NCBI GenBank assembly: GCA_963768165.1
Contig: CAVYHJ010000006.1
Location: forward strand, 20,711-84,710
Direction of reading: 5' to 3'
DNA: 64,000 bases
From: an uncultured bacterium
GTDB lineage: Bacteria > UBP4 > UBA4092
This document shows positions 60,120 through 64,000 of this stretch, in pieces (position 1 is the first letter of the stretch; every line of letters starts with the position of its first letter). The notes beneath the pieces were generated by a model that was not told the origin of the DNA, made no database searches, and worked only from the letters and a program-made list of their open reading frames with translations. The position numbers were made by a program, and so were the translations under genes.

Positions 60120-61424
60120 TCACTTAGTCAATTCTTTAAGGATGAGTCGGGCAGTGCGCTGACCTTGATGAATAGAGTCATTAATGGAACGTTCGGGATA
60201 GGAATGCATCATTCCAGCAGTATAGAGACCTTCCACAGGTGTGGCGATTGGCAATATTTTCGAGAGGTAACCTTTGGTGTAAACGGGAGAAGTGAAAAGT
60301 CCACGACTCAATCTCCACCATAGTAAATTATCGGGAGAAACTTTAAAAATATTTTGCAGGGCTTGAAAATAGATATGGAATATCTCTTCATCGGATTTTT
60401 GCCAGATGGGAGCCATGATATCCTGAATGTAGCTCGCGAGGTAAAAGATATGGTGATTGCCATAATTACGGTTATAGAAGTTGGTATGTTCCAGCAAGAC
60501 GGCGAACGGTAAATCAGGGTTGGCGATATTCAACCAATAGACATCTGAAACTTTGCAATCCAAGCCAATGAGAATACAAATGGTGTGTTGAAATTGGATT
60601 TGGTTTAGTTGATTAATGTAAGCCGGGGGAAGTCCATTGTCCGCCAATTTTGAAAGAAGCTGCGGGCTGGCAGTGTTGATGACAGACTTGGCAGAAATAT
60701 CTTCATTTTCGGCTTGTACTCCTTTGACAATTCCTTTTTCAATCAAAATTTTATTTACTCCGATATCCAACTTAATCTCCCCATGCTTGTGAGTAATCCG
60801 ATCGCATAATGTATCTATTAAACTCGAAAAACCCCCTTCCAGATAACCCAATTTCTCACCGGTTGTAATAGAGCGGGAAGAACGGATGCGGATGCGTTCC
60901 ATCATCCAGGCGGCAGAAATATTCTCTATATCTTCTCCGAATTTTCCATGAAGCAAAGGTTCAAAGAAATTGTGAAAGACCCTTTTGCCCGCGTGCTGAA
61001 TGAGCCACTCTTTAGCGGATTGGTTATCGAATTGTATGATATCCTTTGCGAATCGCACATACTGAACAGTCATCGCAAGACGAACTTTATCAATAACATT
61101 GAGGGCAGGAAATTTGAGAATATCCACTGGTGTGTCCAATTTATATACAGTCTTATCAAGTAAATAACCGACAGAGGATGGAAGCCAGATGAGTTTATTA
61201 CCAAGGTTTAATTCATAGATTAAATCCTGAAGGATGTTATCTCCGCCCAAAATATGATGATAAAATTTTTCGATTTTAAATGAATGGATGGAATAACTTG
61301 CGAGAAGCCCACCGGGTTCAGCACCTTTTTCAAGCACTAAAACTTTTTTGCCATGTTGCGTAAGGTGATAGGCGGCGGCTAAACCCGTGACACCGGCGCC
61401 GATGATGATAGTATCGTAATTCAT
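60120..61424 (-). CDS. FAD-dependent oxidoreductase (amine oxidase/protoporphyrinogen oxidase-like)
   Basis: 'IIIGAGVTGLAAAY', 'GGLLAS', 'EKFYHH', 'YPERSIN'. Confidence 0.85.
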   Translation of the reverse strand: MNYDTIIIGAGVTGLAAAYHLTQHGKKVLVLEKGAEPGGLLASYSIHSFKIEKFYHHILGGDNILQDLIYELNLGNKLIWLPSSVGYLLDKTVYKLDTPVDILKFPALNVIDKVRLAMTVQYVRFAKDIIQFDNQSAKEWLIQHAGKRVFHNFFEPLLHGKFGEDIENISAAWMMERIRIRSSRSITTGEKLGYLEGGFSSLIDTLCDRITHKHGEIKLDIGVNKILIEKGIVKGVQAENEDISAKSVINTASPQLLSKLADNGLPPAYINQLNQIQFQHTICILIGLDCKVSDVYWLNIANPDLPFAVLLEHTNFYNRNYGNHHIFYLASYIQDIMAPIWQKSDEEIFHIYFQALQNIFKVSPDNLLWWRLSRGLFTSPVYTKGYLSKILPIATPVEGLYTAGMMHSYPERSINDSIHQGQRTARLILKELTK

Positions 61425-61430
61425 AAGGCA

Positions 61431-62111
61431 TCATTCATAACTAGGTTGTCTTGAGTTTGAAAATCTTTTCCGTTTGGGGATAATTTTCACCAAAACCATT
61501 CCCGTTAAAAACCCGCCGACATGAGCGAACCAGGCAACCCCACCGCCAGTATGCAAAGTATCAGAAGTTCCGCCGATAAATTGATAGACAAACCAAATTC
61601 CCAGAAAGAAAAAAGCGGGAATACGAATGACTTGAAAAAAGAAAAAGATGGGAATCAAAGTTACTATGCGAGCGCTCGGAAAAAGAAGAATGTACGCACC
61701 TAAAATCCCGGAGATAGCACCAGATGCGCCAATCGTTGGAATTGTAGAATGTGTATTCATCACAATATACACAATTGAAGCCCCAATTCCTGATAGGAAA
61801 TAGAACAGGAGAAAACGGAAATGTCCCAAAGCATTTTCGACGCTTTTTCCGAATATCCAGAGGAACCACATATTCCCCAATAAATGTAAAATCCCCGCGT
61901 GGAGGAACATGGAAGCGAGAATCGTTGAATAATGCAGGGTATCGGGTTCTCGAATCAAGAGAGCGGGACGCAAACCAAAAATTTTTGTTAAATCAATATG
62001 TTGCGAAACCAAACTGATTTGATAAATAAATACCAATACATTCGCGAGAATCAATCCGATAGTAAAAATAGGAAATGTATCGGATGAATTCTCGTCTTTG
62101 AGCGGGATCAT
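61431..62111 (-). CDS. Rhomboid-family intramembrane serine protease
   Basis: 'SMFLHAGILHLLGNMWFL', 'GASGAISG', 'AHVGGF'. Confidence 0.95.
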   Translation of the reverse strand: MIPLKDENSSDTFPIFTIGLILANVLVFIYQISLVSQHIDLTKIFGLRPALLIREPDTLHYSTILASMFLHAGILHLLGNMWFLWIFGKSVENALGHFRFLLFYFLSGIGASIVYIVMNTHSTIPTIGASGAISGILGAYILLFPSARIVTLIPIFFFFQVIRIPAFFFLGIWFVYQFIGGTSDTLHTGGGVAWFAHVGGFLTGMVLVKIIPKRKRFSNSRQPSYE

Positions 62112-62172
62112 GGTTATAAATTATAGACGATATTCCCATTCTTACGAAATAGGATTTTTAACATGCGCAGTT

Positions 62173-63186
62173 TCAGCCTTCCGGGGTATGATTCGGAAGG
62201 CTGAAATAGAAAGTGGCACCCGCGTTGATTTTTCCCTCCGCCCAGACTTCGCCTTTATGTCTTTGGATAATCCGATCTACGATGGAGAGACCCACCCCAT
62301 TTCCCTCAAACTCTTCTTCCTTATGTAACCGTTGAAAGATACCGAATATTTTATCTTGTTGTTTGTGGTCAAAACCCACCCCATTATCCCGTACGAAGTA
62401 AATGTTCTTATCCTTTTCTTTCCGTCCACTAATTTCAATGCAAGCATTATCAACCGTGCGGCTATATTTGATTGCATTGGACAACAAATTTACAAAAACC
62501 TGACTTAGCAGGACCTGGTCTCCATAGACTGGCGGAAGGGAATCAATATGAAAGTCTATCCTGCGTCCGATTGTAAGAGGTTGAAGTTCCTCCAATACAT
62601 CCTTTACTAATTGTGTCATTTCAATATAAGTCAATTTGATTTCTTGATTTCCAGAACGGGAATAATTCAAAAGACTGTTCATTAAACATTCCATTTTCGC
62701 CGCCGACTTGTAAATAATCTCCAATTTTTTCACCACATCCGACTCCATTTGATCCGAATAATGTTTCAATAATGCATTGCTGAATCCACCAATTAACTGG
62801 AGGGGATTTCGTAAATCATGGGAGAGTGAATAATTAAAAGCTTCCAGTTCCTTGTTAACAACAACCAATTCCGTGATCTTTTTATTCAATTCTTGATTTA
62901 AAACTCTAACTTCTTCTTCTGCCTGTTTACGGTTATAAATTTCCAGGCGAAGTTCCTGCCAACGCCGAAAAGAGAAGATTGCAAAAGCGAACGAAAGAAA
63001 AATGAATACTGTGAATATTTCGTCAAACCGTCTTACTCCATACAGATGCTCCCACTCGGCTAGTTGATGAAAAAGACGAAAGTGAAAGGAAATAAGAAAA
63101 ATAATAATGGCAATGACGGATATGGTAACTAGGTCTTTAAAAGATTTGTATTTCGGAGAAAGTTGGGGGGAAGCGGGCTGTTTCAT
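62173..63186 (-). CDS. Membrane sensor histidine kinase
   Basis: Two TM helices; 'SHDLRNPL', 'NLLSNAIKY', 'DNGVGF', 'FQRLH', 'GNGVGLSIV'. Confidence 0.92.
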   Translation of the reverse strand: MKQPASPQLSPKYKSFKDLVTISVIAIIIFLISFHFRLFHQLAEWEHLYGVRRFDEIFTVFIFLSFAFAIFSFRRWQELRLEIYNRKQAEEEVRVLNQELNKKITELVVVNKELEAFNYSLSHDLRNPLQLIGGFSNALLKHYSDQMESDVVKKLEIIYKSAAKMECLMNSLLNYSRSGNQEIKLTYIEMTQLVKDVLEELQPLTIGRRIDFHIDSLPPVYGDQVLLSQVFVNLLSNAIKYSRTVDNACIEISGRKEKDKNIYFVRDNGVGFDHKQQDKIFGIFQRLHKEEEFEGNGVGLSIVDRIIQRHKGEVWAEGKINAGATFYFSLPNHTPEG

Positions 63187-63308
63187 GATATAATAACAAC
63201 TTTCCTGGATAAAAACATATTATAATACCAACCTGTAAACTATATACTACAATTTATTTTTTGGAGTTGACAGGAAAGGGATTAATCTAGAAAGGGATTC
63301 TTTGAAAG

Positions 63309-63336
63309 AAGGGGATCGAAGGTTACCGATCCCCTT
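63309..63336 (-). terminator. Probable intrinsic terminator after leuD
   Basis: 10-bp perfect stem AAGGGGATCG/CGATCCCCTT with an 8-nt loop, 7 bp past the stop; short T-rich tail on the minus strand. Confidence 0.6.
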
Positions 63337-63343
63337 GATTATT

Positions 63344-63856
63344 TTACGCGGCTTTCCCCGCTAATTTCTTTTTGGCGTAATTCATGAGACCGCCGGATTC
63401 CATGAGGGCACGCATGAAGGGAGGGAACGGCGCGGCTTGATAGGATTTTCCGGTAGATTTATTGGTAATTTTTCCTGCTTCCAGATTAATCTCCAACTCG
63501 TCCCCTGTGTTCAAGTCTTCCACGGCTTCGGGACATTCGAGAATCGGCATTCCCATGTTGATACAATTGCGATAAAAGATGCGCGCAAAGGTTTTGGCGA
63601 TTACGCATCCAACATTCGCATGTTTTAATGAAATAGGCGCGTGTTCACGAGAGGAACCGCAACCAAAGTTCTTTCCGGCAACAATAATATCTCCCGCTTT
63701 CATGTTCTTGACGAAATCCTTGTCTAAATCTTCCATGCAATGCGCCGCCAAAACTTTGGGATCATGCGTATTCATGTATCGCGCGGGGATGATGACATCA
63801 GTATTGATGTCGTCACCGTATTTCCATACTTTTCCTGATATTTTTAATATTTCCAT
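63344..63856 (-). CDS. leuD: 3-isopropylmalate dehydratase small subunit
   Basis: '[14 protein letters not shown]', '[12 protein letters not shown]', 'FARIFYRN'. Confidence 0.93.
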   Translation of the reverse strand: MEILKISGKVWKYGDDINTDVIIPARYMNTHDPKVLAAHCMEDLDKDFVKNMKAGDIIVAGKNFGCGSSREHAPISLKHANVGCVIAKTFARIFYRNCINMGMPILECPEAVEDLNTGDELEINLEAGKITNKSTGKSYQAAPFPPFMRALMESGGLMNYAKKKLAGKAA

Positions 63857-63926
63857 AATTTTACCTTTCTAAGAAAAGCTTTTACCAATTGGTAAAAGCT
63901 TTAACTCTAATAGATTCAATTGTATA

Positions 63927-64000
63927 TTAAACTGTCACTTCCACTTTACTCCCCATAATTTCTTCGGGATGGGTAATACGCCCGGTAATTGCCGTAGCCG
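63927..64000 (-). CDS. leuC: 3' end of the dehydratase large subunit (partial)
   Basis: Hand translation 'ATAITGRITHPEEIMGSKVEVTV*' is a typical LeuC/HacA C-terminus and lies upstream of leuD. Confidence 0.8.
   Translation of the reverse strand, partial: ATAITGRITHPEEIMGSKVEVTV

Overview
Bacterial chromosomal window, taxon not identifiable from sequence alone. Housekeeping blocks: a membrane-protein operon, a two-component pair, carD-like, recX-recA, serS-rarA-moxR/DUF58/transglutaminase, dcd, gap-tpiA-pfkA, a minor-pilin cluster and leuD/leuC. These surround a ~23 kb accessory island (about 12.8-36.2 kb). The island starts with an AraC-type gene and an operon encoding a secreted tail-fibre-like protein with 4 x 417-bp tandem repeats, a small secreted protein and a signal-peptide-bearing Rhs/YD toxin. 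Next come an immunity array (3 DUF2019-like paralogues plus orphans) and a silent start-less rhs cassette with an L,D-transpeptidase-like (Tlde1-like) tip. After these lie a wrecked type I R-M locus (hsdR stub, fic, hsdS stub) and a patch of REP-like palindromes. An operon then encodes a type IIG R-M enzyme, a DUF6338-like membrane protein and two unannotated paralogous Pro-rich peptides that show purifying selection. IS1182 and a GIY-YIG gene bracketed by ~90-bp direct repeats close the island. An IS481 lies at 9.65-10.66 kb. Best candidates for undescribed systems: (1) a Sec-exported fibre + Rhs toxin module with a putative fibre-partner motif inside the Rhs core; (2) the DUF6338 + tandem peptide operon. 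Family assignments come from motif recognition, not database searches. No tRNA, rRNA or CRISPR array was recognised.
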